Numbered from the whole stretch's first letter, positions 1-12,689 are shown. The stretch: DNA of 63,909 nt, filler included, from Vicugna vicugna (GCA_013265495.1; 77 parts of 76 records of this genome joined end to end with filler, not necessarily neighbours in it); one strand, 5' to 3'. Program-made: numbers and translations. The notes: generated by a model not told the origin, from the letters alone.

Positions 1-964
1 CTCCAAACCACAAGGCATCCCTTTGGAGCACTGAGAGTCTACACGAGGTGGTCATAAAGCCGTCACCGCAAAAGCTATGCGATCCTGCAAAGAGGAGGAA
101 CGAGCAGCTGTGCTCGGGCTGCCCACGCGCTTCATTTACACCCCACAGCACCTCTACGGGTGGGGGACGCCTAGGGAGCCCAGTCTCTGCAGGACAGAAA
201 ACCAGTCCTGGAGAGGCTAAGCCGACCTACCAGTTCTCCATCTCACATGACTGGTCACTCCAGAGCAGGNNNNNNNNNNNNNNNNNNNNNNNNNNNNNNN
301 NNNNNNNNNNNNNNNNNNNNNNNNNNNNNNNNNNNNNNNNNNNNNNNNNNNNNNNNNNNNNNNNNNNNNNNNNNNNNNNNNNNNNNNNNNNNNNNNNNNN
401 NNNNNNNNNNNNNNNNNNNNNNNNNNNNNNNNNNNNNNNNNNNNNNNNNNNNNNNNNNNNNNNNNNNNNNNNNNNNNNNNNNNNNNNNNNNNNNNNNNNN
501 NNNNNNNNNNNNNNNNNNNNNNNNNNNNNNNNNNNNNNNNNNNNNNNNNNNNNNNNNNNNNNNNNNNNNNNNNNNNNNNNNNNNNNNNNNNNNNNNNNNN
601 NNNNNNNNNNNNNNNNNNNNNNNNNNNNNNNNNNNNNNNNNNNNNNNNNNNNNNNNNNNNNNNNNNNNNNNNNNNNNNNNNNNNNNNNNNNNNNNNNNNN
701 NNNNNNNNNNNNNNNNNNNNNNNNNNNNNNNNNNNNNNNNNNNNNNNNNNNNNNNNNNNNNNNNNNNNNNNNNNNNNNNNNNNNNNNNNNNNNNNNNNNN
801 NNNNNNNNNNNNNNNNNNNNNNNNNNNNNNNNNNNNNNNNNNNNNNNNNNNNNNNNNNNNNNNNNNNNNNNNNNNNNNNNNNNNNNNNGCATAGTTAAGA
901 AGAGGGGAAAGTCTGGGAAAAAGAAATCATCACAAGGACTCTCAAGCATCATCCAACAATCATA

Positions 965-1040
965 AAATCATTCATTCAAGACAGAGTTATTTAGGTCCTA
1001 TTTTGTGCAAGATTTTACAGCGGGCAAAGAAAGACCACAG
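965..1040 (-). mobile_element. LINE-2 3' end fragment
   Basis: TCATTCATTCA followed by TTATTTAGGTCCTATTTTGTGCAAG resembles the reverse-complemented L2 tail. Confidence 0.45.
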
Positions 1041-1116
1041 CATAAATGGTGTCAGCAAGTGGCGGGGCTACAATACAATTCGAATCCCGGTACCTTGCAC
1101 ACTTGTCCTTAGTATA

Positions 1117-1216
1117 NNNNNNNNNNNNNNNNNNNNNNNNNNNNNNNNNNNNNNNNNNNNTTAATTAATTAANNNNNNNNNNNNNNNNNNNNNNNNNNNN
1201 NNNNNNNNNNNNNNNN
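1117..1216. other. Synthetic scaffold-joining linker N44-TTAATTAATTAA-N44 (first of about 76 copies; last core at 63619-63630)
   Basis: The identical 12-mer is flanked by 44 N on each side (100 bp total). It is self-complementary with TAA in all six frames, and sequence family and orientation change abruptly across most copies. Confidence 0.98.
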
Positions 1217-1912
1217 GAACAATTGTCAGTGCGTGGGGGAGCTCGAGAGACAACTCAACGCCGCTGTCTTCATTCACACGGGTTCCCTGTTCGGGGAAGT
1301 CCGAGAAATAACTTCCCTTACCTTGAGGAGGCAGCCTCTGACACTGGGATATCCTGCAACCCCCACTAGCATTCCCTGGCATAGAGACATTAGGAAAACC
1401 CTCAGGGGAGACGAGCTTAGGCATTCCGTTAGAAACCACGCACTGCGACCGTTGGTGGAATCTCCCCACGCTCAGGATTCCGGAAGCATTGTCAGTGCGT
1501 GGGGGAACTCGAGAGACAACTCAACGCAGCTCTCTTAAGTCACAGGTGTTAATTGTTCGGGGAAGTCCGAGTAATACCTTCCCTGAACTTGGGGAGGCAG
1601 CCTCTGTCACTGTCATATCCTGCAAACACCCCTACCATTCCCTGGCAAAGAGATATTAGGAAAACCCTCAGGGGAGACGAGCTTAGGCATTCCGTTGGAA
1701 TCCACGCACTGCCGACCGTTGATGGAAACTCCCCACGCTCAGGATTCCGGAGCTCAGGATTCCGGAACCTTTGTCAGTGAGTGGGGGAGCTCGAGAGAAA
1801 ACTCCACGCAGCTTTCTTCAGTCAGAGGTGTTCCTTTTTCGGGGAAGTCCGAGAAATAACTTCCCTTACTTGGGAAGGCAGCCTCTGTCACTGGGATATC
1901 CTGCAAACACCC
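1217..1912 (+). repeat. Satellite family A (CpG-rich, ~267-bp monomer)
   Basis: GCGTGGGGGA recurs at 1231 and 1497. Shared motifs GCTCAGGATTCCGGAA and CTCAGGGGAGACGAGCTTAGG are present, with a 15-bp tandem duplication at 1737-1766. Confidence 0.95.
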
Positions 1913-2012
1913 NNNNNNNNNNNNNNNNNNNNNNNNNNNNNNNNNNNNNNNNNNNNTTAATTAATTAANNNNNNNNNNNNNNNNNNNNNNNNNNNNNNNN
2001 NNNNNNNNNNNN

Positions 2013-2882
2013 GGTGGCACATGTATTCCCACGTTGCTGGGTGTAGTTAAAATTTCTGAAATTCACATGTAGATGCATTGGATAATACTTGGTATTAGAG
2101 CCGGAAACCCACATTGCCCTGCACTCCAGCCTAGGCAAACCATCAAGGAAGGCAAGTTAAGGGATTCAAGAACACAAGCGCTGCTGACAGTAGGAGGAAC
2201 GTCCCAAGACTCAGGATTCCGGAACCCAACATTTTGTGGCGGGGAGATGTGGANNNNNNNNNNNNNNNNNNNNNNNNNNNNNNNNNNNNNNNNNNNNNNN
2301 NNNNNNNNNNNNGAAGTCCTCTCTTCCACAAACCTTCGGGGGGCAGTTGCTGCTACGTGGCCTCCAAGCCAAACTCCCAGCTTTCCCTCTAAGCCCGGCC
2401 TACGGAAACACTGAAGGAAAACAATCTAAGGGATTGTATTAGAACCCAGGCGCTGATGTCATCTGGAGGAGCCTCCCCACTATCAGGATAACTGACCACG
2501 TCTCCGTGTGTGTGCTGCCGGGGGGAAACAGAGTCCACTCATCTTTATGGGGGCACAGGTGTTCCAAGGTTGGGGAAGTAGTTTCAAACCCTCCACTGCC
2601 CACAGAGATGCACTCTCTAATACTTGGATTTAGAGCCCATCCCCCACCATCGCTCACTGCTAGGCCTAGGATAACACTTAGGGAAGTCAAGCTAAGAGAT
2701 TTTATTCGTACCCAGGTGCTGCTGTCAGTTGGAGGAACCTCCCCATACTCAGAGCACCAGAACACTTCTTCGTGTGTGTGCTGGATGTAGGGAAACAGAG
2801 TCAAAGCATCTTTCAGGGGGCACAGTTATTTCATGGTGGTGGTTTGTAGGTTAAACACCCACATCCCATGGATAGGCTCTCG
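2013..2882 (+). repeat. Satellite family D (diverged ~267-bp monomers, related to A)
   Basis: CCCAGG(C/T)GCTG recurs at 2445 and 2711. The first part is closely similar to 39482-39991. Confidence 0.9.
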
Positions 2883-2982
2883 NNNNNNNNNNNNNNNNNN
2901 NNNNNNNNNNNNNNNNNNNNNNNNNNTTAATTAATTAANNNNNNNNNNNNNNNNNNNNNNNNNNNNNNNNNNNNNNNNNNNN

Positions 2983-3622
2983 CACTCCACGTAGATGGAT
3001 GTGGGCACAGGTGTACCCCTTTAGGGAGAATTCATCTAAATACTTCCTCAGTCCATCGGGGGGCACTCGCTAATATTTGGCCTCAAACCCAACCCCCAGC
3101 TTTCCCTCAGAGGCAGGCCTAAGGACAACTCAGATATTACAAGCTAAAGAATACTATTAGAACCCAGGCGCTGCTGTCACTTGAAAGTGCCGGCCCACAC
3201 TCAGGATACCTGTGCACGTCTTTGTGTGTGTGTTGGAAGTGGGGAAACAGAGTCCATGCATCTTTATGGGGGCACAGTTATTCCTAGGTAGATGATGTAG
3301 TTTAAACACCTTCACTGCCCTTAGAGAGGCACTGGATATTACNNNNNNNNNNNNNNNNNNNNNNNNNNNNNNNNNNNNNNNNNNNNNNNNNNNNNNNNNN
3401 NNNNNNNNNNNNNNNNNNNNNNNNNNNNNNNNNNNNNNNNNNNNNNNNNNNNNNNNNNNNNNNNNNNNNNNNNNNNNNNNNNNNNNNNNNNNNNNNNNNN
3501 NNNNNNNNNNNNNNNNNNNNNNNNNNNNNNNNNNNNNNNNNNNNNNNNNNNNNNNNNNNNNNNNNACTCTTGTGTGTGGGGGAGGTGTGCAGCCCCAATC
3601 CACGAAGATGAATGGTGACACA
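2983..3622 (+). repeat. Satellite family D
   Basis: GAATTCATCTAAATACTTCCTCAGTCCATCGGGGGGCACTCGCTA is shared with 37135-37179 and, reverse-complemented, with about 48655-48700. Confidence 0.9.
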
Positions 3623-4002
3623 NNNNNNNNNNNNNNNNNNNNNNNNNNNNNNNNNNNNNNNNNNNNTTAATTAATTAANNNNNNNNNNNNNNNNNNNNNN
3701 NNNNNNNNNNNNNNNNNNNNNNGGAGGGGTGGGGAACACAACCCGGAAGTATGGAGAAGTTAGGGCCAATGGACAAACTCTGAACAATGAGAAACAGAGA
3801 TGAATTCTCCCCCCTTATTTCCCCCAATGGACTCTTCTAATGCACACAGGTGCCTTAAGATCCACCCAGAGACATGCCCCTTGACCAAGTAACTGGTGGT
3901 TTCTACTGAAGCTGTGGCCAGCTTGGCAACACACCACACTGTATTTTGACCTCCCTTCCCTTCCGTGTTTCTCAATTCATCTCACTCTCAAACTCAATGC
4001 CC

Positions 4003-4215
4003 CCACCACCTCCCACAAAAGGGCTAGCATTTATGCTCCATTTTCTGTGGAACTCAGGATAAGACAAGCTATTTAACTTCCTTCTGTAGATGGGACAACG
4101 ACAGTCCTTCTCTTCTCACTTGCCCTGGGACCACCACCTCCCAAAAAAGGGCTAGCATTTGTGCTCCATTTTCTGTGGAACTCAGGATAAGACTAGGTAT
4201 ATAACTTCCTTCTGT
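4003..4215. repeat. ~85-bp direct repeat, 128-bp period
   Basis: GGGCTAGCATTT(A/G)TGCTCCATTTTCTGTGGAACTCAGGATAAGAC occurs at 4021 and 4149. Confidence 0.9.
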
Positions 4216-4509
4216 CCTATCTAACAGATGAGATGNNNNNNNNNNNNNNNNNNNNNNNNNNNNNNNNNNNNNNNNNNNCCACAGAGGCAGCTCATTTATG
4301 CAGAAAAGGCACTTAGTAAATGCCGTTAGGAGACTCACAGGGTTTCTGGGAGGACCCAAGAGCCAGCCTTGGGGGCTTTTCAGTGAGAACGTCTCCCCTC
4401 CCCGGNNNNNNNNNNNNNNNNNNNNNNNNNNNNNNNNNNNNNNNNNNNNTTAATTAATTAANNNNNNNNNNNNNNNNNNNNNNNNNNNNNNNNNNNNNNN
4501 NNNNNACAA

Positions 4510-5342
4510 TGTTGTCACATGTGGATTCAGGTAACTGCAAGCACAATCAAGATATATCACTGTCCCCCTCCAAGACTTCCACCTGCTGTCCACTAGAACT
4601 ACCCGCCCACCCAACCCCCAACCCTTGGCAACAAGTAATCTATTCTCCATGTCTATATTTTGACTATTCCAGGAGGATTATACAATGGAATCATGTAATA
4701 TCTAACTTTTTGAGATTAACTTTTTTTTCATTTAGCCTAATTGCCTTGAGATTCTTTGAAACTATCAATAGTTCATCCCTTTTTATTGCTAAATAGGATT
4801 CCACAGTACAGATGTGGACCGATGTTTTCAACCATCAACTTTTTGAAGGACATCTAAGTTTTTCCCAATTTTTGGCTATTCTAAATAGATCAGCTGTGAA
4901 CATTTATGTACAGGTTTTTGTGTGAACGTAGGTTTTCATTTCTCTGGAATAAATACCCAAGAGTGCTATTGCTAGGGTTCCATGGCAAGTTTAGTTTAGT
5001 TTTGCTTTTGCTTTTGCTTTTTTTTAAACAAATTTTAAAACTGTCCTCCAGACTGGGTCTACCACTTCACACGTCCACAAGCAATGTGTAAGTAATCTCG
5101 GTTTCTCAAATCTTCACCAGAATTTGGTGTTGTCATTATTTTTTATATTAGTTTTTTCTGATAGATGTCCAGTGATATTTCATCACGGTTTTAATTTAAA
5201 TTTCATGTAAAGCTAATGAAGCTGAGCATCTTTTCACGTGTTTACTTGTCATCAGAACATTCTGTTGAAAAGTCTTTTACCAATTTTCTAACTGAATTTT
5301 TTTTAATTTTTGTTTTTTCTTTTTTATTCTTGAGTTTTAAGG
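4510..5342 (-). mobile_element. Old LINE-1 (L1M-type) 3' region
   Basis: Typical antisense L1 motifs: ATGGAATCATGTAATAT, GGACATCTAAGTTTTTCCCAATTTTTGGCTATT, GCTGTGAACATT, GCTGAGCATCTTTTCA. Confidence 0.8.
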
Positions 5343-5442
5343 NNNNNNNNNNNNNNNNNNNNNNNNNNNNNNNNNNNNNNNNNNNNTTAATTAATTAANN
5401 NNNNNNNNNNNNNNNNNNNNNNNNNNNNNNNNNNNNNNNNNN

Positions 5443-6253
5443 TCCTAATATCTCTTCGCCAGGGATTTCTAGGGGTGATTGCAGGATTTCCCACTGACCG
5501 AGCCTGCCTCCCCAAGGTCAGGGAACCTATTTCTCGGACTTCCCCGAAAAGGGAACTCCTGTGACTGAAGAGAGATTCATGGAGTTGTCTCTCGAGCTCC
5601 CCCACGCTCTGATAACGGTTCCGAAATCCTGAGCGTGGGTAGGTTCACCAACGTTCGGCAGCGCTTGGGTTCTAACGGAATGCCTACGCTCTCCTCCCCT
5701 GAGGGTTTTCCTAATATCTCTTCGCCAGGGATTTCTAGGGGTGATTGCAGGATTTCCCACTGACCGAGCCTGCCTCCCCAAGGTCAGGGAACCTATTTCT
5801 CGGACTTCCCGGAACAGGGAACTCCTGTGAATGAAGAGAGCTGCGTGGAGTTGTCTCTCGAGCTCCCCCACGCTCTGATAACGGTTCCGAAATCCTGAGC
5901 GTGGGTAGGTTCACCAACGTTCGGCAGCGCTTGGGTTCTAACGGAATGCCTAAGCTCTTCTCCCCTGAGGGTTTTCCTAATGTCTCTGTGCCAGGGAATG
6001 CTACGGGTGATTGCAGGATATCCCAGTGACCGACTCTGCATCTACAAGATCAGGGAATGTATTTCTCTGACTTCCCGGAACAGGGAACTCCTGTGACTGA
6101 AGAGAGCTGCGTGGAGTTGTCTCTCGAGCTACCCCACGCACTGACAACTGTTCCGGAATCCTGAGCGTGGGGAGGTTCCACCAAAGGTCGGCAGCGCGTG
6201 GATGAGTACCAAAGCTCGTCTCCCCTGAGTGTTTTCCTAATGTCTCTGTGACA
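5443..6253 (-). repeat. Satellite family A (266-bp variant monomers)
   Basis: TCCTAATATCTCTTCGCC occurs at 5443 and 5709 (period 266). The fragment is the reverse complement of the A motifs. Confidence 0.95.
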
Positions 6254-6353
6254 NNNNNNNNNNNNNNNNNNNNNNNNNNNNNNNNNNNNNNNNNNNNTTA
6301 ATTAATTAANNNNNNNNNNNNNNNNNNNNNNNNNNNNNNNNNNNNNNNNNNNN

Positions 6354-6814
6354 ATATCTCTTTGACAGGGAATGCTAGGGGTGATTGCAGGATATCCCTA
6401 GTGACAGAGGCTGCTTCCCCAAGGTCATGGAAAGTATTTCTCGGACTTCCCCGAACAGGGAACACCTGTGACTGAAGAGAGCTGCGTGGAGTTGTCTCTC
6501 GAGCTCCCCCACGCACTGACAATGGTTCCGGAATCCTGAGCGTGGGGNNNNNNNNNNNNNNNNNNNNNNNNNNNNNNNNAAATCCTAAGCTCGTCTCCCC
6601 TGAGGGTTTTCCTAATATCTCTGTGCCAGGGAATGCTAGGGGGTTTTGCAGGATATCCCAGTGACAGAGGCTGCCTCCCCAAGGTCAGGGAAGTTATTTC
6701 TCGGACTTCCCCGAACAGGGAACACCTGTGATTGAAGAGAGCTGCGTGGAGTTGTCCCTCGTGCTACCACAAGCACTGACAATGTTTCCGGAATCCTGAG
6801 CGTGGGAAGGTTCC
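6354..6814 (-). repeat. Satellite family A
   Basis: GGACTTCCCCGAACAGGGAACACCTGTGA is repeated; reverse complement of A. Confidence 0.95.
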
Positions 6815-7733
6815 NNNNNNNNNNNNNNNNNNNNNNNNNNNNNNNNNNNNNNNNNNNNTTAATTAATTAANNNNNNNNNNNNNNNNNNNNNNNNNNNNNN
6901 NNNNNNNNNNNNNNTATTAAGGAGGCATGACCACAGAACATGTGCTCATTGAGCTTAATGTTACACAAACAGTAAGATTTCCATGGAATCAAGACAGGCA
7001 GTAAACGCCAGCTGCAGAGGACAGCTTGTGCAGGGCTGGGAAACAGCATGGCATGATCAGAACTTTAGTTTGACTGGCTTGAAATGTAGAGGGAAAGGGA
7101 AACTTCACACTGATGAATCAGAGAGGAGATAGCTGTTTTTTATTAAACTAAAATGGTTGAATGAGCCTTGTTGNNNNNNNNNNNNNNNNNNNNNNNNNNN
7201 NNNNNNNNNNNNNNNNNNNNNNNNNNNNNNNNNNNNNNNNNNNNNNNNNNNNNNNNNNNNNNNNNNNNNNNNNNNNNNNNNNNNNNNNNNNNNNNNNNNN
7301 NNNNNNNNNNNNNNNNNNNNNNNNNNNNNNNNNNNNNNNNNNNNNNNNNNNNNNNNNNNNNNNNNNNNNNNNNNNNNNNNNNNNNNNNNNNNNNNNNNNN
7401 NNNNNNNNNNNNNNNNNNNNNNNNNNNNNNNNNNNNNNNNNNNNNNNNNNNNCATGTAGCTTCAGTAACAGTTTAAGAGAAAAGTCAGAAACAGAAATTT
7501 TCCCTGGTCAAAATATCAAAAAAAGCACCTGGGGCTTATATCCCTTAATTGATATGAGCTCTAAATGGACAAATACACATTTTTTTTTAAAAAATTGCTA
7601 AGAACAAGATTCTTTTTCATGTTGAGTAATAATNNNNNNNNNNNNNNNNNNNNNNNNNNNNNNNNNNNNNNNNNNNNTTAATTAATTAANNNNNNNNNNN
7701 NNNNNNNNNNNNNNNNNNNNNNNNNNNNNNNNN

Positions 7734-8786
7734 TACATAACCATGGCATTCCGTATTACGAGTATGTTTCATGCATCATGGATTCCTCAAAGTTGGATTT
7801 CTGAGATGTGAACATGGGCATGACTGATGTTTCAACCACCAAACAAGTTACCTATGCACTATGAAATATTTATTTTGACTTCGCAGCTTCTGCCTATCAC
7901 CAGTTTCAAGAATCACACTCTCCCANNNNNNNNNNNNNNNNNNNNNNNNNNNNNNNNNNNNNNNNNNNNNNNNNNNNNNNNNNNNNNNNNNNNNNNNNNN
8001 NNNNNNNNNNNNNNNNNNNNNNNNNNNNNNNNNNNNNNNNNNNNNNNNNNNNNNNNNNNNNNNNNNNNNNNNNNNNNNNNNNNNNNNNNNNNNNNNNNNN
8101 NNNNNNNNNNNNNNNNNNNNNNNNNNNNNNNNNNNNNNNNNNNNNNNNNNNNNNNNNNNNNNNNNNNNNNNNNNNNNNNNNNNNNNCACAGAAAAATAGT
8201 TCTGGAGCGATTTCCACCTAATAGGTATGTAATTTACATGTATTCCAACATCATGGCATTCCGGGTTCCGTACATGCTACATGAATGACGGATTTGGCAA
8301 TCATGCGTTTCTGACTTGTGAGCATGTGGCTTACACACCTTTCACGCTCCGAAAAATGCGTATATAGACTGAGCAATATTTACTCTGACTTCATAGGTTT
8401 TTCCTATCACCAGGTTCTAAAATCGGACATTTGGCACCAGAAAACACTCTTTGAGCGAATTCTCACAAATACACATGTAATTTACATTGTTTACANNNNN
8501 NNNNNNNNNNNNNNNNNNNNNNNNNNNNNNNNNNNNNNNNNNNNNNNNNNNNNNNNNNNNNNNNNNNNNNATGCATTTCTGAGTTGTGAACATGTGCATG
8601 ACTGATGTTTCAAACACCAAACAAGTTACCTATGCACTCTGAAATATTTACATTGACTTTGTAGCTTCTTCCTATCACCAGTTTCAAGAATCAGACTTTG
8701 ATCCCACAAAAACTCTCTTTTAGAGAATTCTTCCCTAGAGGTATGTAATTTGAATTGATTCCATCTAAATGATTTTCCGTGTTCCG
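7734..8786 (+). repeat. Satellite family B (AT-rich, ~741-bp trimer of ~247-bp subunits)
   Basis: CATGGCATTCCG, CAAGTTACCTATGCACT and CTATCACCAGTTTCAAGAATCA are shared with 26889-27858. Confidence 0.92.
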
Positions 8787-8886
8787 NNNNNNNNNNNNNN
8801 NNNNNNNNNNNNNNNNNNNNNNNNNNNNNNTTAATTAATTAANNNNNNNNNNNNNNNNNNNNNNNNNNNNNNNNNNNNNNNNNNNN

Positions 8887-9716
8887 ACAACCACAGAAAA
8901 AAGGGAGCTCCTGCTCAATAGCCAGGGCAGAATCAGGCCATCAGAACACCAGCCACACCACCAACAAAGGGGATAACAGGCAAAAGGCGTGGAAGGAAGA
9001 CTTGCCAACCACCCATAGTTAAAAATAACCTTATGACAAAATTATTAAGAGTGTATATTCTTGGAGAAAGGCCAAGATAGTGGAGTAGAAGGATGCTTGT
9101 ATCTTATCCTCTCCAATAAATACACCAAGACTGACATTCACAGACACACCCATCCACTCAGGACATCTGCTGAACTTTGATAAAACATTGCCATCTTCAA
9201 AAGACAAAATGCGCAACCAATCTGGTAGGAGAAAAGGAAAAAAGAAGGAAGAAAATGCAAAATGGCTTGGGGTTGGTCCTTTGAAGAGGGAGCAGCAAAG
9301 GAGGGATAGNNNNNNNNNNNNNNNNNNNNNNNNNNNNNNNNNNNNNNNNNNNNNNNNNNNNNNNNNNNNNNNNNNNNNNNNNNNNNNNNNNNNNNNNNNN
9401 NNNNNNNNNNNNNNNNNNNNNNNNNNNNNNNNNNNNNNNNNNNNNNNNNNNNNNNNNNNNNNNNNNNNNNNNNNNNNNNNNNNNNNNNNNNNNNNNNNNN
9501 NNNNNNNNNNNNNNNNNNNNNNNNNNNNNNNNNNNNNNNNNNNNNNNNNNNNACAACTGCTTGGATTGTATACAGATCAGAACAGCCTGGGCCTCCCATA
9601 AAATAAGAAAAAAAATAAAGCAAAGCAATATTGCTGGCTTGCCTGGGGGAAGGGGTGTTTTTTCCTTTGTACTGCTGACTCACGGCAACATAACTGGTGA
9701 TTTCTCAGAATAAGAG
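8887..9716 (+). mobile_element. Probable LINE-1 5' UTR fragments
   Basis: CCAAGATAGTGGAGTAGAAGGATG at about 9072 resembles the AAGATGGCGGAGTAGAAGGAC L1 5' start. CACACCACCAACAAAGGGGATAAC resembles the pre-ORF1 UTR of laurasiatherian L1s (from memory). Confidence 0.5.
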
Positions 9717-9816
9717 NNNNNNNNNNNNNNNNNNNNNNNNNNNNNNNNNNNNNNNNNNNNTTAATTAATTAANNNNNNNNNNNNNNNNNNNNNNNNNNNN
9801 NNNNNNNNNNNNNNNN

Positions 9817-10603
9817 GTGTTCCCTGTTCGGGGAAGTCCGAGATATAAATTCCCTGACCTTCTGGAGGCAGCCTCTGTGTCTGGGATTTCCTGCAACAAC
9901 CCCTAGCATTCCCTGGCACAGAGACATGAGGAAAACACTCAGGGGAAACGAGCACAGACATTCCCTTAGAACCCACGCGCTGCCGACCGTTGGTGGAACC
10001 TCCCTACGCTCAGGATTCCGGAAAAATAGTCATTGTGTGGGGAAGCTCGAGAGACAACTCCACGCAGCTCTCTTCAGTCACAGGTGTTCCCTGCTCGGGG
10101 AAGTCCGAGAAATAAACCTTGGGGAGGCAGCCTCTGTCACTGGGATTTCCTGCAAACACCCTAGCATTCCCTGGTACAGAGACATGAGTAAAACCCTCAG
10201 GGGAGACGAGCACAGGTGTTCCCTTAGACCCCAAGCTCTGACGACCGTTGGTGGAACCTGCCCACGCTCAGGATTCCGGAAACATTGTCATTGAGTGGGG
10301 GACCTCGAGAGAAAACTCCACGCAGCTCTCTTCAGTCACAGGTGTTCCCTGCTCGGGGAAGTCCGAGAAATATCCTCCCTGACCTTGGGGAGGCAGCCTC
10401 TGTCACTGGGATTTCCTGCAACCCCCCCTAGCATTCCCTGGCACAGAGACATGAGGAAAACCCTCAGGGGAGACAAGCACTGGCATACCCTTAGAACCCA
10501 AGCGCTGCCGACCGTTGGTGGAACCTAACAACGTTCAGTATTCCGGAAACATTGTCAATGAGTGGGGGAGCTAGAGAGACAACTCCACGCAGCTCTCTTC
10601 AGT
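9817..10603 (+). repeat. Satellite family A
   Basis: AGTGGGGGA occurs at 10294 and 10561 (period 267); about three monomers. Confidence 0.95.
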
Positions 10604-10703
10604 NNNNNNNNNNNNNNNNNNNNNNNNNNNNNNNNNNNNNNNNNNNNTTAATTAATTAANNNNNNNNNNNNNNNNNNNNNNNNNNNNNNNNNNNNNNNNN
10701 NNN

Positions 10704-11417
10704 ACAACTCCACGAAGCTCTCTTCAATCACAGGTGTTCCCTGGTCGGCGAAGTCCGAGAAATAATTTACCTGACCTTGGGGAGGCAGACTCTGTCACTG
10801 GGATATCCTGCAAACCCCCCTAGCATTCCCTGGCACAGAGATATTAGGAAAACCCTCAGGGGAGACGAGCTTAGGCTTTCCGTTAGAACCCANNNNNNNN
10901 NNNNNNNNNNNNNNNNNNNNNNNNNNNNNNNNNNNNNNNNNNNNNNNNNNNNNNNNNNNNNNNNNNNNNNNNNNNNNNNNNNNNNNNNNNNNNNNNNNNN
11001 NNNNNNNNNNNNNNNNNNNNNNNNNNCCGAGAAATAATTTCCCTGACTTTGTGGAGGCAGCCTCTGTCACTGGGATATCCTGCAATCCCCCGTAGCATTC
11101 CCTGTCACAGTGAAATTAGGAAAACCCTCAGGGGAGACGAGCTTAGGCATTCCGTTAGAACCCACGCGCTGCCGACCATTGGTGGAATCTCCCCACGCTC
11201 AGGATTCCGGAACCATTGTCTGTGCGTGGGGGAGCTCGAAAGACAACTCCACGCATCTCTCTACAGTCACAGGTGTTCCCTGTTCGGGGAAGTCCGAGTA
11301 ATACCTTCCCTGACCTTGGGGAGGCAGCATCTGTCACTGGGATATCCTGCAATACCCCGTAGCATTCCCTGTCACAGTGAAATTAGGAAAACCCTCAGGG
11401 GAGACGAGCTTAGGCAT
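10704..11417 (+). repeat. Satellite family A
   Basis: The ORF track shows an in-frame 89-aa repeat (RQPLSLGYPA...PSLTLG), equal to a 267-bp period. Confidence 0.95.
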
Positions 11418-11517
11418 NNNNNNNNNNNNNNNNNNNNNNNNNNNNNNNNNNNNNNNNNNNNTTAATTAATTAANNNNNNNNNNNNNNNNNNNNNNNNNNN
11501 NNNNNNNNNNNNNNNNN

Positions 11518-12589
11518 AGGATTCCGGAACCATTGTCAGTGAGTGGGGAACTCGAGAGACAATTCCACGTTTCTCTCATAAGTCACAGGTGTTCCCTGTT
11601 CCGGGAAGTCCGAGAAATACCTTCCCTGACCTTGGGGAGGCAGCCACTGTCACTGGGATATCCTGCAAACCCCCCTAGCATTCCTTGGCACAGAGATATT
11701 AGAAAAACTTCAGGGGAAGTGAGCTTAGGCTTTCCGTTAGTACCCACGCGCTGCCGACCGTTGGTGGAACCTCCCCACGCTCAGGATTCCGGAAACATTG
11801 TCCGTGCCTGGTGGAGTTCGAGAGAAAACTCCACATAGCTCTCTTCAGTCACAGGTGTTCCCTGTTCGGGGAAGTCTGAGAAATACCTTCCCTGACCTTG
11901 GGGAGGCAGCCTCTGACTCTGGGATATCCTGCAATCACCCCTAGNNNNNNNNNNNNNNNNNNNNNNNNNNNNNNNNNNNNNNNNNNNNNNNNNNNNNNNN
12001 NNNNNNNNNNNNNNNNNNNNNNNNNNNNNNNNNNNNNNNNNNNNNNNNNNNNNNNNNNNNNNNNNNNNNNNNNNNNNNNNNNNNNNNNNNNNNNNNNNNN
12101 NNNNNNNNNNNNNNNNNNNNNNNNNNNNNNNNNNNNNNNNNNNNNNNNNNNNNNNNNNNNNNNNNNNNNNNNNNNNNNNNNNNNNNNNNNNNNNNNNNNN
12201 NNNNNNNNNNNNNNNNNNNNNNNNNNNNNNNNNNNNNNNNNNNNNNNNNNNNNNNNNNNNNNNNNNNNNNNNNNNNNNNNNNNNNNNNNNNNNNNNNNNN
12301 NNNNNNNNNNNNNNNNNNNNNNNNNNNNNNNNNNNNNNNNNNNNNNNNNNNNNNNNNNNNNNNNNNNNNNNNNNNNNNNNNNNNNNNNNNNNNNNNNNNN
12401 NNNNNNNNNNNNNNNNNNNNNNNNNNNNNNNNNNNNNNNNNNNNNNNNNNNNNNNNNNNNNNNNNNNNNNNNNNNNNNNNNNNNNNNNNNNNNNNNNNNN
12501 NNNNNNNNNNNNNNNNNNNNNNCCACCTTTGATGGAACCTCCCGACGCTCAGGATTCCGGAACAATTGTCAGGGCGTGGGGGAGCTCGA
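11518..12589 (+). repeat. Satellite family A (with internal gap)
   Basis: A motifs are present on both sides of the N gap. Confidence 0.95.
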
Positions 12590-12689
12590 NNNNNNNNNNN
12601 NNNNNNNNNNNNNNNNNNNNNNNNNNNNNNNNNTTAATTAATTAANNNNNNNNNNNNNNNNNNNNNNNNNNNNNNNNNNNNNNNNNNNN

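Noticed and set aside
1289..1306. CENP-B box in satellite A (TTCGGGGAAGTCCGAG)
   Set aside because: It matches TTCG and the central A but has CCGA instead of CGGG (7 of 9 core bases), so it is not a canonical box.
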